Positions 23,801 through 33,355 of a stretch of 64,000 bases of DNA are shown in pieces. Each line of letters begins with the position of its first letter. Position 1 is the first letter of the stretch. The stretch lies in the NCBI GenBank assembly GCA_963737655.1, contig CAVTTN010000002.1:5344001-5408000 (forward strand), in the 5' to 3' direction. Both the position numbers and the translations under genes were made by a program. The notes below the pieces were generated by a model. The model was given only the letters and a program-made list of their open reading frames with translations. It was not told the origin of the DNA and searched no databases. This DNA is from an uncultured Planctomycetota bacterium (GTDB lineage: Bacteria > Planctomycetota > Planctomycetia > Isosphaerales > Isosphaeraceae).

Positions 23801-23905
23801 GTGGGGTGCATGAAATGCCTTGTGGGGTCCGCTATTGCGGACCTCTTCGCCTCTCATCGAATCGGATCGAATCGGATCGAAGAGGTCCGCAATAGCGGAC
23901 CCTAC
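23801..23905. repeat. Degenerate family A REP followed by family C REPIN (GTAGGGTCCGCTATTGCGGACC type)
   Basis: GTGGGGTGCATGAAATGCCT at 23801; GTGGGGTCCGCTATTGCGGACC ... GGTCCGCAATAGCGGACCCTAC at 23822-23905. Confidence 0.8.
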
Positions 23906-23969
23906 GGGAATCGAAGGTCCCCGGAGGGCGCGCTCCGCACTCCCAGGCCGTCCCAATCCCCGGCTCAAG

Positions 23970-24362
23970 TCACTGCGGCCCGCGAGGGGTGCCGGTCTTG
24001 ATCGTGTCGGGTGCCTTGGTGGCTCCGGCGGCCGAGGCGCCGGTGTCGTCGGCCGGGGGATTGGCGCGGACGGAATCGGGGTTGCCTCCCTTGGGCAACT
24101 GGGGCTGACCGCCCTCGGTGCCTCCGCCGTTGCCTCCGGGTCCGGAGTCTCGGTGATTGTCGCCGGCCTGGCCCAGGGCCTCGCCGCGACCGGACGTCGA
24201 GGGGAGGGGCAGGTCGTCGCGGACGGCCGGCTTCTCGGTGCCTCCGGGCGCGGGGCCGTTGGTGAACCCCGCGTTCGTCCCGACCGGCCGATCGCACCCG
24301 GCCAGTCCGGCCAGCCCGAGGGTCGCCGTCAGCCCCAGGGAAAGACGCCAGTTCCTCATCAT
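23970..24362 (-). CDS. Small low-complexity lipoprotein
   Basis: Lipobox LAGC after hydrophobic signal; Gly/Pro/Asp-rich mature part. Confidence 0.7.
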   Translation of the reverse strand: MMRNWRLSLGLTATLGLAGLAGCDRPVGTNAGFTNGPAPGGTEKPAVRDDLPLPSTSGRGEALGQAGDNHRDSGPGGNGGGTEGGQPQLPKGGNPDSVRANPPADDTGASAAGATKAPDTIKTGTPRGPQ

Positions 24363-24447
24363 CGGAGTCCTCGCGCGGGGCATCCCGCGAACAGCAAAAA
24401 CGCGCCACTTTTCCAAGGCCGAAACGGCCCCGATGTTCGGGAGAAGC

Positions 24448-24463
24448 CGCGAACGCCGTGCCG
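24448..24463 (-). promoter_or_regulatory. Putative sigma54 promoter for the lipoprotein gene
   Basis: Minus strand CGGCACGGCGTTCGCG, GG-N10-GC. Confidence 0.5.
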
Positions 24464-24464
24464 T

Positions 24465-24480
24465 CGGCATGCCGGATGCG
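24465..24480 (+). promoter_or_regulatory. Putative sigma54 promoter for yihY-like gene
   Basis: CGGCATGCCGGATGCG, GG-N10-GC, about 70 nt before ATG. Confidence 0.55.
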
Positions 24481-24549
24481 ACGAAGACGCGCCCCGAGGC
24501 GCCTCGATCCCCGCACGGTGCGCGACCGACCCGAGAGAAGGCCGATCCG

Positions 24550-25533
24550 ATGCCGACCTCCGACAGATTCCCCCCGCTCCGCCTCAAAGCGGCCCTGTCC
24601 CTGGGCGGGCTCTCGCCGAGAGAGGTCGTCTCGCGGACCTGGAAGAAGCTCAACGAGCACGAGATCCTCACCCGGGCCTCGGCCATCTCGTTCTACGCCA
24701 TGCTGGCGTTCGTCCCTTTGCTCGCCCTGATCCTCACGGTGCTCGTCCAGCTCCTGCCGGACCTCTCCGGCCTGACCGGCCGGACCACCGGGCTGGCGAA
24801 CCTGACCGTCGATCAGTTCCGGGCCACCCTCCGCGAGGCGCTGCCTCAAGAGGCCTACGGCGTGGTCGAGGACCAGATCAAAAGGATGCAGAAGGAGCCG
24901 CCGTTCGGCCTGCTCTCCTTCGGCCTGCTGATCGCCCTGTGGACCTCCACCAGCCTGTTCGTGACCGTGATGGACTCCATGAACCGGGTCTGCGGGGTGG
25001 AGGAGACCCGGTCGTTCCTCCGCCAGAGGGTCGTGGCCCTGATCATGACGCTGATCCAGTCGGCCATCCTGATCGGCGCGTTGATCGTGGTGGTCGCCGG
25101 GCCGGAGATCCTCCACTGGGTCGGCATCCACGGCCATTCGGCGACCCTGGCGCTGATCGTCCAGTGGTCGGTGGTCGCCCTGATGGTCCTCCTGAGCTTC
25201 GCCCTGGCGTTCTACGTCGGGCCCGACGCCGACCAGAAATGGGAGTGGATCACCCCGGGCAGCTTCGTCGGGACGCTCGCCTTCCTCGGCTTCACGGTCC
25301 TGTTCCGCATCTACATCCAGAAGTTCGCCCACTACGACCGCGCCTATGGATCGCTCGGGGGCGTGATGGCGCTGATGCTCTGGCTCTGGGTCACCAGCGT
25401 GATCCTGCTGACGGCCGGGCAGGTGAATCAGGTGATCGAGGACGCGTCTCCCCTGGGCAAGACGTTCGGCCAGAAGACCGACAAGACCGACGCGCCGGAC
25501 TTCTCCGAGATGACTCCGCAGCCGTTGAAGTGA
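24550..25533 (+). CDS. YihY/BrkB family membrane protein
   Basis: ASAISFYAMLAFVP, WEWITPG, YDRAYGSLGGVMALMLWLW. Confidence 0.9.
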   Translation: MPTSDRFPPLRLKAALSLGGLSPREVVSRTWKKLNEHEILTRASAISFYAMLAFVPLLALILTVLVQLLPDLSGLTGRTTGLANLTVDQFRATLREALPQEAYGVVEDQIKRMQKEPPFGLLSFGLLIALWTSTSLFVTVMDSMNRVCGVEETRSFLRQRVVALIMTLIQSAILIGALIVVVAGPEILHWVGIHGHSATLALIVQWSVVALMVLLSFALAFYVGPDADQKWEWITPGSFVGTLAFLGFTVLFRIYIQKFAHYDRAYGSLGGVMALMLWLWVTSVILLTAGQVNQVIEDASPLGKTFGQKTDKTDAPDFSEMTPQPLK

Positions 25534-25535
25534 GG

Positions 25536-26107
25536 TCAGAAGTCCGGGAACGTCATCGCGCCGAGGACCAGGCCCTGGCCAAAGACCTGTTCGATCCGTC
25601 CCGAGGGGACCACGTCGCGATCGGCGAAGAGCCAGCAGAGCCCGCGGCCGGGGTCGGAGGCGAGCACGCGGAACCCGCCGAAGACCTCGGCCCCGAGATC
25701 GGCAGGTTCGCGCGTCCCCTCGTCGCCAGGTCCTTCGCCATCAGCCCGAGGATCGACGGCAAGAGCTCCAGGGCCGCCGGGCCGTGATAGACCAGGCGAT
25801 GGGCGGGGTGGTCCGTCAGGAGGAACGGAGGCTCCGGGTATCGCCAGGGGGCCTCGCTGATCCAGTACCACCGGGGACCGTTCCAGACGTGGCCTCGGAG
25901 GATGTCCGGGTCGCCGACCGACCGCGTCTCGGTGGCGGCGATCGCGCGGAAGCTCCCGAGGGCGTCCTCGTCGGCCATCTCCAGGTCGTCGGGATCAACG
26001 AGATCGAACAGGTCGAATTCCACGGCCCTGGGGCCGCACCGGAAGGGCCTCCCCGGAGGGCCGAGGACATCCATCACCATCTGAAGCGTGCCGGGCCGGG
26101 TCTCCAT
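25536..26107 (-). CDS. Hypothetical protein (probable frameshift near 25710)
   Basis: Ordinary composition in ORF 25553-26731 from METRPG, continuing in frame 25536-25871. Confidence 0.5.
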
Positions 26108-26175
26108 CGTCGTCCCCCTCGGGAGAACGATCTCTCGATCTCCGAGGATACCATCGGGAACGGCGATCGGCACGA

Positions 26176-27695
26176 TCAGGATCGCCCCGCCCCGGCCTTG
26201 CGGTTGGCCCGGGTCTCCTGGAGGTTGGACCAGAGCTTGCGGCCCTGGCGGCCGACCTGGCCGATCAGCCTCCGGGCCTTGGAGCGCGTCGAGGTCTCGT
26301 ACATGTGACGGAGGACGGCCGTCTTCTCGGCGCGGTCGAGCAACGGCGCGAGCGCCGGCAGGAATTTCTCGGCCAGGCCCGCCGGCGGATCGACCTCGAC
26401 GACCCCCGCCACCGCCTCGGGCAAGGCCGAGCGGACCGCCGCCAGCTTCGCCCGGGCGATCGCCTCGCGGTTCACCGCGCCGTCCATCGGCAAGCGAGCC
26501 ATCCCGACGACCACGGCCAGGATCGGCGGCCGATCCAGGGTGGGGACCTTGGCGAAATAGGCGTCGATGGCGTCGATCAGGCGGATCTCGGGCGTGAGGT
26601 CGTCCCGGGAGGCGTCCACGACCAGCAGGATCAAATCGGCGTCGCGGGCGTCGTCGGCGGCCTCCCGGCGCGTGGCGCGGTCCCGGGCCGACTCGGGGAC
26701 GTGCACGGTATAGCCGGGGATCTCGACCCACTGGGCCGTCTTCAGGAGGTCGGCGAGCCCGTCGTCGAAGCCGTCGGCCGAGAGCCGGCCCTTGACGACG
26801 TTCAGGTGGTGGTCGCAGGCGGCCTTCGCCGCCTCGATCAGGGCGGTCTTGCCCACGTCCCGGGCCCCGTCAGCGCGATCCTCAGGGGGGACGGCCCGGC
26901 GACCTCCTTCGGCCGGGCCCCGGGCCGGGCCTTCCTCGTGAGCTTGCGATAGCCCTCCGCCCCGATCGCCAAACGGCCGCTGTAGAGCTCGATCAGGTGG
27001 ATTCCCAATCGGTTCACGTAGGCGCGGAAGAACCAGCGCAACACGTTGTGCTGCATGCTCTTCCACGCCGGCTGCGTCAGCAGTTTCGTGGTCCCGAGGC
27101 GGACCAATCCGGTCGTCGGCTGGAACAGGGGCAGCAGGTAACCATAGACCTCGTTCGCCTTGGAGATCCAACCGGCGGCCTGCACGGCCTTCTTCCAGTG
27201 GCTGGCCGTGACCATGTCGCCGCCGGGCACCTCCCGGCAGAGCGCCTCCAGGTCCTCGGCCGCGAGCTCCAGGGCCGTGAGGATCTGGACCACCGGCAGA
27301 TGCTCCACCGGGTTGGTCGAGAGCGGGTGATAATGGGCCGCGAGCCTCGCGACCAGCTTCTTGCCGGTCTCGACGTAGACATCCACGTTCGTCAACGATT
27401 CCATCGGCAAGGTTTCGGACGTTTCCGCTTCCTGCTCGACGAGGTCCCAGGCCAGCTTGTCGTGGTTGGAGAACGTCCGGGGGGAGTCCCAGTCGATCGG
27501 AGGCAAGACGGCCTCGCGATCTCTCGTCCAGCGGACGGCGAGGAAGTACGCGACGGTCCCCAGCGCCGCCCAGATCGCGAAGCCATAGAAGCCCCACCCA
27601 TGATCCTTCAGCCACAACGCCCCGAGGCCGATGTACGCGGCCATCGGGCCGACGAAGAGGACCAGGAGGACCCAGACTCGCCAGCTTCGGACCAC
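26176..27695 (-). CDS. Membrane-anchored GTPase-like protein (frameshift ~26865)
   Basis: Two N-terminal TMs; joined frames give P-loop ALTGARDVGKT, EIPGY, ADLILLVVDA. Confidence 0.7.
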
Positions 27696-27705
27696 GGGAC
27701 ACTCC

Positions 27706-27839
27706 CTATGGGTGCATGGAACGCACCCATCCTGAGGCGGCCTCGGGGCCGCCATCGGCAGATCAGATCATTCGGAAGCCGACGCCGACTATACCATCGG
27801 AGGCCGGCCGCTTGCGTTGGTGCATTTCATGCACCCTAC
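27706..27839. repeat. REPIN-like element, family A (left copy degenerate)
   Basis: ATGGGTGCATGGAACGCACCCAT ... GGTGCATTTCATGCACCCTAC. Confidence 0.8.
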
Positions 27840-27935
27840 GGGACAGGAGCCATCTCCCCAAACGCTTCGGGGCCGCCCCGAATCGGATTCGGAGCGGCCC
27901 CGAGGGGACGTCTCTGGCCGTCGGTCGCCGACCGA

Positions 27936-28349
27936 TCAATGGCCGGGCATGTGTCGGGCGATCGATTCGGGGACGTGCATGTGACGGATGCGGTCGCGGA
28001 CCGACTCCGGCAGGTTACGGAGCGAGTCGGGCACGTAGCGATCGTACCAGGACTCCTCCTCGCGACGGGTCAGCAGCACCGTCAGCAACACGCCCAGGCC
28101 GAAGCCGACGCCGAACCCCATGAGGACCGAGGGCGCGGGATTGCGGGCGATCATCCCCTCGGCCTGGCGGTAGCCGTGGGTGATCCCCTCGCGGGCCGCC
28201 CCGTAGCCGTCTCGGACGCGCTCGCCGACCTGCGAGGCGCCGTCCTGGATCTTCTGGCCGGCTTCGTGGATGCGGTCGCCCAGGCCCTGGCCCTGGCCCT
28301 GCCCGGCGCCGCCGTTGTGCCGCTCCTGGCCTTGCTTTCCGGTCGGCAT
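27936..28349 (-). CDS. DUF883/ElaB-like small stress protein
   Basis: GGGAGG SD; amphipathic repeats then IARNPAPSVLMGFGVGFGLG TM. Confidence 0.7.
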   Translation of the reverse strand: MPTGKQGQERHNGGAGQGQGQGLGDRIHEAGQKIQDGASQVGERVRDGYGAAREGITHGYRQAEGMIARNPAPSVLMGFGVGFGLGVLLTVLLTRREEESWYDRYVPDSLRNLPESVRDRIRHMHVPESIARHMPGH

Positions 28350-28457
28350 GATCGCCTCCCTTACTCGTAAAACGATCTGAGGAACTCGCGGAACTCCCGA
28401 CGGGCCGCCCCCCGAGCGAATCGGCGGGCACCCGTCACGACTCTCGACCCAGGAGGA

Positions 28458-28473
28458 AGCAAGGCCCGTGCCG
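28458..28473 (-). promoter_or_regulatory. Putative sigma54 promoter for DUF883-like gene
   Basis: Minus strand CGGCACGGGCCTTGCT, close to TGGCAC-N5-TTGCW. Confidence 0.7.
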
Positions 28474-28653
28474 ACGACCCGTCCCATCCCGGCCCGCCCG
28501 ACTCGCCTCCGAAAAAAATCATTTGGCGATCGGGCCGAAATCTCCCGTACTCTGAGACGAAGACTGTGTGCCGGGCGCCCGGGACACGGGACTCGCCGGC
28601 CCGGCAACGGGTCGGTCGGGGCCTCGCCGGAAAAAGGCCGACTCGCCGGACTC

Positions 28654-28669
28654 TGGCATGAAGGGTGCC
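28654..28669 (+). promoter_or_regulatory. Putative sigma54 promoter for small lipoprotein
   Basis: TGGCATGAAGGGTGCC, GG-N10-GC. Confidence 0.55.
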
Positions 28670-28764
28670 CCGTCGCTATAACTGTCGTGGGGCGAGGACC
28701 GACCCATCGGGGGATCGGCCCGCCTGCGGACCATCTGCACCATCGAAACCGAGGAATCGTCACC

Positions 28765-28941
28765 ATGAAGCGCTCGCTGATCCTGTCGCTGGCCCTGGCC
28801 GTCATCGCTCCCATCGGCCTCATCGGCTGCGGCGAGGAGACCGGCACCACCACCAAGACCACCACCACGACCCCGGCCGGCAAGGTCACCGAGACCTCCT
28901 CCGACAAGGTCGAGAAGACCGGCGACATGAAGGACAAGTGA
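28765..28941 (+). CDS. 58-aa Thr-rich lipoprotein
   Basis: GAGGA SD, MKRSLILS...LIGC lipobox. Confidence 0.75.
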   Translation: MKRSLILSLALAVIAPIGLIGCGEETGTTTKTTTTTPAGKVTETSSDKVEKTGDMKDK

Positions 28942-28989
28942 GCGCCTTCCCCCGGGACGCTCACTAGCCTTTTCGATCCGATCGTTTCG

Positions 28990-29027
28990 ACGCCCTCCGG
29001 GAAGTTTTCCCGGGGGGTGTTTTTTTT
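28990..29027 (+). terminator. Intrinsic terminator
   Basis: ACGCCCTCCGGGAA-GTT-TTCCCGGGGGGTGT followed by T run. Confidence 0.75.
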
Positions 29028-29074
29028 CGCCTCGGGACCCCACTCTCGAGAAAATCACCGAACCGCACGAGGAT

Positions 29075-29090
29075 TGGCACTCCCCTTGCA
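29075..29090 (+). promoter_or_regulatory. sigma54 promoter upstream of csbD-like gene
   Basis: TGGCACTCCCCTTGCA fits TGGCAC-N5-TTGCA exactly. Confidence 0.8.
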
Positions 29091-29162
29091 GTGCATTCAC
29101 GTCCCATGTGACACCGGCTCCGAGGCCGGGAGGATCGGTTCGAGAAGACCCGGAGAACGACG

Positions 29163-29585
29163 ATGATCAACGCTCAGGAACTTCAGGGGCAGTGGAACCA
29201 GCTCAAGGGCAAGGTCAAGGAGAAGTGGGGCCAGCTCTCCGACGATGACCTGAACATCAGCGGCGGGAACTTCGACCAGCTCGTCGGCAAGATCCAGCAG
29301 AGGACCGGCGAGGGCCGCGAGGCCATCGAGAAGTTCTTCAACACGCTGACCGCCCAGGGCGGCTCGGCCGTCTCCCAGGCCGCCGAGAAGGCCCGCGACT
29401 TCGCCCAGCACGCCGGCGAACGCCTCCGCGACTCCTACGGCTCCGCCACCGACTTCGCCCGGGACCGCTACGAGATGGCCGAGGACCTGGTCCGCCACCG
29501 GCCCGGCCAGTCCGTCGCCGCGGCCTTCGGCCTCGGCCTGGTGGTCGGCCTGGTGGTCGGCATCGCCGTCCGAAGCAGCCGATAA
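29163..29585 (+). CDS. CsbD family protein with DUF883-like C-terminus
   Basis: QGQWNQLKGKVKEKWGQLSDDDL...QLVGKIQQRTG. Confidence 0.9.
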   Translation: MINAQELQGQWNQLKGKVKEKWGQLSDDDLNISGGNFDQLVGKIQQRTGEGREAIEKFFNTLTAQGGSAVSQAAEKARDFAQHAGERLRDSYGSATDFARDRYEMAEDLVRHRPGQSVAAAFGLGLVVGLVVGIAVRSSR

Positions 29586-29606
29586 CCTTCGCCTTCGTTC
29601 GCTTTC

Positions 29607-29663
29607 GTAGGGCAGGCCTTGGCCTGCCGGACCGTGGGGACGGCAGGCCAAGGCCTGCCCTAC
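29607..29663. repeat. REPIN-like element, family B
   Basis: GTAGGGCAGGCCTTGGCCTGCC ... GGCAGGCCAAGGCCTGCCCTAC. Confidence 0.85.
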
Positions 29664-29768
29664 GAAGGATAAAACCAGGCAAATCACCGTCGATCCGCAG
29701 CACGTGAACCGCGTGTCCGTCCTTCGTCCGCCTTCACTTCCCCTCACCTCTGGGATAGGAGCATCGCC

Positions 29769-29945
29769 ATGCTTCGCTGGGCCCTGACGTTCGCGATCCT
29801 CGCCCTCGTGGCCGGTCTCCTCGGCTTCGGCGGCCTTGCCGGCGACTTCTCGTACATCGCCAAGATCCTCCTGTTCGTCTTCGTGGTCCTGTTCGTCGTC
29901 GCCCTGATCGCCGGCCGCCGCGTCCTGGGCGGGCCAACGGTCTAG
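29769..29945 (+). CDS. DUF1328 family small membrane protein (58 aa, absent from ORF track)
   Basis: [45 protein letters not shown]. Confidence 0.88.
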   Translation: MLRWALTFAILALVAGLLGFGGLAGDFSYIAKILLFVFVVLFVVALIAGRRVLGGPTV

Positions 29946-30053
29946 GGTCGGTTTATACCACCCGAACACTCAACGCGCCTCGGAACGGGGGGCGGGCACC
30001 GGCGAGTCTTGCCGGGTCCGCCCCCCGTTTCGCGTTGCGATGCGGAGGGCCGT

Positions 30054-30758
30054 TCACCCCCCCATCTTCCACAATTTCTCCAGGACCGCGAAGGTCTCCG
30101 GGTCGTAAGCCTTGAGCTCGGCCCGGACGAACGGATAAAAATCGTTCGTCCCGAAGAACGCCTCGGTCGCCTCGGCGAAGAATTCCATCGGGTCGGTCAG
30201 GGCATACGCCTTCTCGTCCCGGCCGTTGATCCGCAGGACCGATTGATAGCTCCCCGCCGCCTTCGCCCTCTCGAACGCCCTCCTCACGTCCTTGTTCTCG
30301 AACCCCCCGTCCAGCTTCTGGTGATGGTAGCCGTGGGCCAGCTCGTGGAGGACCATCCACGGCTGATCGATCGTCCACGACAGGAAGTTCTTGGCGTTGG
30401 CGATCTCGACGCACCGGGCCTTCTCCTCGCTCATCCCGTGATCGCGGAGCCAGCCGGCGTCGGGGTGGTACGCCATGCATGGATGATGAGGCTCGGCCTC
30501 CTCGACCCAGATCGTGATGGTGCGCAACTTACCGACAGCATCGGAAGGCAGCCTCCGAACGATCTGCGAAAGCTGGACGCGGAGGAGGTCCAGGGTCTTG
30601 GCGGCGAGCTCGGGCCGATCGCGGAGGAATGCCTCGTTCACCCGGACGGGCCAGCCCTCGATGTCGCGATCGGCGTAGGTCTCCGCCCCTTTCGCGGCCC
30701 CGGCGACGATCGCCGGCAACAGGGCCAGGAGGCGTAACTTCCGTAATGCTAGTGACAT
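30054..30758 (-). CDS. Secreted HExxH zinc metallopeptidase-like protein
   Basis: VLHELAHGYHH and EFFAEATEAFF; signal peptide. Confidence 0.8.
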   Translation of the reverse strand: MSLALRKLRLLALLPAIVAGAAKGAETYADRDIEGWPVRVNEAFLRDRPELAAKTLDLLRVQLSQIVRRLPSDAVGKLRTITIWVEEAEPHHPCMAYHPDAGWLRDHGMSEEKARCVEIANAKNFLSWTIDQPWMVLHELAHGYHHQKLDGGFENKDVRRAFERAKAAGSYQSVLRINGRDEKAYALTDPMEFFAEATEAFFGTNDFYPFVRAELKAYDPETFAVLEKLWKMGG

Positions 30759-30931
30759 GGGTCAAGCTCCGGGGGGCGGATTCCGCACGGGCTCCGATGG
30801 CCCGTGAATTGCCTTCGGAGATACCAGAACCGAAGCCGCCGGGCGAGGGAGTTCCCGGCCCCCGAGTCCCCGGAGCCATCCCGGGCGGGCACACCCCGCC
30901 GAAATTTTCGCTTTTTTCGGAGATTAGCGCA

Positions 30932-32422
30932 GTGAATCGTTGGAAATCCCGCCCGACCGTACTCGCCGCCCTCGCGGTGCTGCTGACCCTGTCCTCCCCC
31001 CGAGAACTTCTTGCCCAGATCCCCGGGCTTCCGGCGCCTCCGGCCGCCAAGGGGTCTGCGACGGCCCCGAAGCCCGATTCGGGCCTCGACACGCCCAAGG
31101 CCAAGGTCGCCACGACCTCGGGCCCGATCGCCCTCCGCGAGACCGTCTCGGACTCCGCCCTCAAGACGACCCTGGAACGGCTCCTGGCCCGTTATCCGGG
31201 CGTCCGCAACGTGAATGTGGCGGTGGACAACGGGTTTGTGACGCTCGAAGGGCAGGTGGACGACGACGAGACCCACGACGAGATCACCGACTTCGTCCGC
31301 CGGGTCGAGGGGGTCCGCCTGGTCCTGAACCTGATGCTGACCGACGACGAGGTGATGTCCGGCACCCAGCTTGCCCGGCGCGAGCTCAGCGTCTTCACCA
31401 CCTTCTTCGCCCGCCGATGGTTGCTGATGCTGGTGAGCCTGGTCGTGGTCCTGGCCGGGGTGCTCCTGGCCCGGCTGTTCGCCCGCTATTCCGAAACGCT
31501 GCTGGCCCCATTCGTCCCCAACCCCCTGCTCCGCTCGGTCGTCGGCTCGGTGCTTGGCGGGGTGATCGTCCTGGGCGGCCTGATCCTGGCGCTGTCGATC
31601 TTGAGGCTGACTCATGCGGTGCTGTCGATCGTGGGGCTGGCGAGCATCGTCGGGCTGGCCGTGGGGTTCGCGTTCAAGGACATCACGGAGAACTTCATCG
31701 CGTCGGTCCTGCTGGGCGTCCGTCGGCCGTTCCGGGTGGGAGACGCCATCCAGGTGGCCGGCCAGTCCGGCGTGGTCCAGTCGCTGAACACCCGGGCGAC
31801 CATGCTCGTGACGGCCGAGGGGAAGCACGTCCGGATCCCGAACGTGGTGATCTACAAGGAGATCCTCGTCAACTCCTCGACCAGCTCGCGGACCCGGGGG
31901 ACGTTCGACCTGGTGATCCCGGCGGAGGCCTCGACCTCGGCGGCCCTGGAGGCGATCGCCTCGGCCCTCCGTTCGCAAGACGGCATCCTCGCCGACCCGT
32001 CGCCCCGCGCCCTGGTCGATGCGATCGAACCGGGCGGGATCAGGCTCCGCGCCTTCTTCTGGACGCCGACCCAGGGGATCGACGGCGATCAGCTTCTCAG
32101 CGATGCGAAACTCAAGGTGAAAGTGGCCCTCCAGAAGGCCGGGGGCCTCGTCGCGACGCCACCCCCGGCCGCTCCGGCGGCCCTCCCCTTGCCTAAAGGC
32201 CCCGAGGCCCTGCCCGCGCCGACGCCCGAACCCGCGACCGTCGCCAGGGCCGAGGCCAACCTCCGCCGAGACACCCGGGCCGCCGCCCAGGCGCCGCCGG
32301 TGACCGACGGCCGGACGACCCCGATCGCCCCCTTCCTGCTCCACGGCGGCTCCCGGGTCGAGGACGAAGGGGTCAACCTGCTCGAAGACCACCAACCCTC
32401 GGCCAACGGCGCCTCGAAGTGA
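30932..32422 (+). CDS. BON-domain mechanosensitive channel, MscS family
   Basis: BON (VAVDNGFVTLEG), GFAFKDITENF, PFRVGDAI, VRIPN. Confidence 0.88.
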   Translation: MNRWKSRPTVLAALAVLLTLSSPRELLAQIPGLPAPPAAKGSATAPKPDSGLDTPKAKVATTSGPIALRETVSDSALKTTLERLLARYPGVRNVNVAVDNGFVTLEGQVDDDETHDEITDFVRRVEGVRLVLNLMLTDDEVMSGTQLARRELSVFTTFFARRWLLMLVSLVVVLAGVLLARLFARYSETLLAPFVPNPLLRSVVGSVLGGVIVLGGLILALSILRLTHAVLSIVGLASIVGLAVGFAFKDITENFIASVLLGVRRPFRVGDAIQVAGQSGVVQSLNTRATMLVTAEGKHVRIPNVVIYKEILVNSSTSSRTRGTFDLVIPAEASTSAALEAIASALRSQDGILADPSPRALVDAIEPGGIRLRAFFWTPTQGIDGDQLLSDAKLKVKVALQKAGGLVATPPPAAPAALPLPKGPEALPAPTPEPATVARAEANLRRDTRAAAQAPPVTDGRTTPIAPFLLHGGSRVEDEGVNLLEDHQPSANGASK

Positions 32423-32847
32423 CCGCCACACCGACCGATCGCCCCACGCTTCCGTTCCGAGATCATCGAGACGGCGATCCGCGGCGATCACCCAATCCGG
32501 AAGAACGAAAGGGCGCCGGTCTCCGCGACCGGCGCCCTGGCGGGCCCGGGACCCTCGGCCGCGAGGCCGCGCTCCGTCCCGACTTTCGGACGGTTTTCGA
32601 CGATCATTCCACGATTGCCGATGCGTTCAAGTGGCCTTGTGCAGGGCGGACTTGCGTCCGAAATCCAAACACTGGCAAAAATGTCGATCCATCGGTGCGC
32701 ACGACCCGCTGCCACCACGAAAAGGCCGGTAATTCCCGCCTCAAAGCCTCGCGGCGAGGGGAAAGTGTCGTCAAGTTCCGCGGTATTCAAGATTGCACGG
32801 ATCAAACCGATCGGTGCGCATCCATGGCCCGCGAAGGATCGGGTTTT

Positions 32848-32933
32848 GGGTGGCATGCTCACGTCTTCGTGAGCATGGCCTCGATCCATAATCAAGCGGA
32901 AGGCATGCTCACGAAGACGTGAGCATGCCACCC
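32848..32933. repeat. Inverted pair, CGTCTTCG-core family (GGGTGGCATGCTCACGTCTTCGTGAGCATG)
   Basis: 30-bp inverted pair; related to 37751-37837. Confidence 0.85.
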
Positions 32934-32946
32934 AGGAATCCACACA

Positions 32947-33333
32947 TCAGGCGGTCCGGGCCTTGAGGGCGGACTCGGCCTTGTCGAGTTCGGCGCGGAC
33001 CAGGGCGGTGATCGCATCGAAGGTCTCGGGGTCGTGGATGGCGACCTCCGAGAGGCTCTTGCGGTCCAGGGCGATGTTGGCCAGCTTCAGGCCGTAGACG
33101 AACCGGCTGTAGCGGATGCCTCGCATCTCGGCGGCGGCGCCGAGGCGGACGATCCAGAGGCGGCGGAAGGACCGCTTCTTGGCCCTGCGGTCGCGGAAGG
33201 AGAACATCCCGGCGCGGAGCAGGGTCTCCTTGGCCGACTTCAGGAGGCGCCGCCGGCCGCCGACGAACCCCTTGGCCCTCTTGAAGATGCGCTTCTTCCG
33301 CCAGTTGCGGGCCGCCCCACTCTTCGCTCGCAT
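32947..33333 (-). CDS. rplT: 50S ribosomal protein L20
   Basis: KRAKGF.G, RDRRAKKRSFRRLWIVRL, YSRFVYGL, LDRKSL. Confidence 0.96.
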   Translation of the reverse strand: MRAKSGAARNWRKKRIFKRAKGFVGGRRRLLKSAKETLLRAGMFSFRDRRAKKRSFRRLWIVRLGAAAEMRGIRYSRFVYGLKLANIALDRKSLSEVAIHDPETFDAITALVRAELDKAESALKARTA

Positions 33334-33355
33334 CGGTCGCTCGCTCTCTCGTCAG

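Noticed and set aside
29698..29713. sigma54 box before DUF1328 (CAGCACGTGAACCGCG)
   Set aside because: Lacks the invariant GG; the gene may be co-transcribed with csbD.
32419..32943. ORFs between mscS and rplT
   Set aside because: No motifs, atypical composition, overlapping a palindromic repeat.
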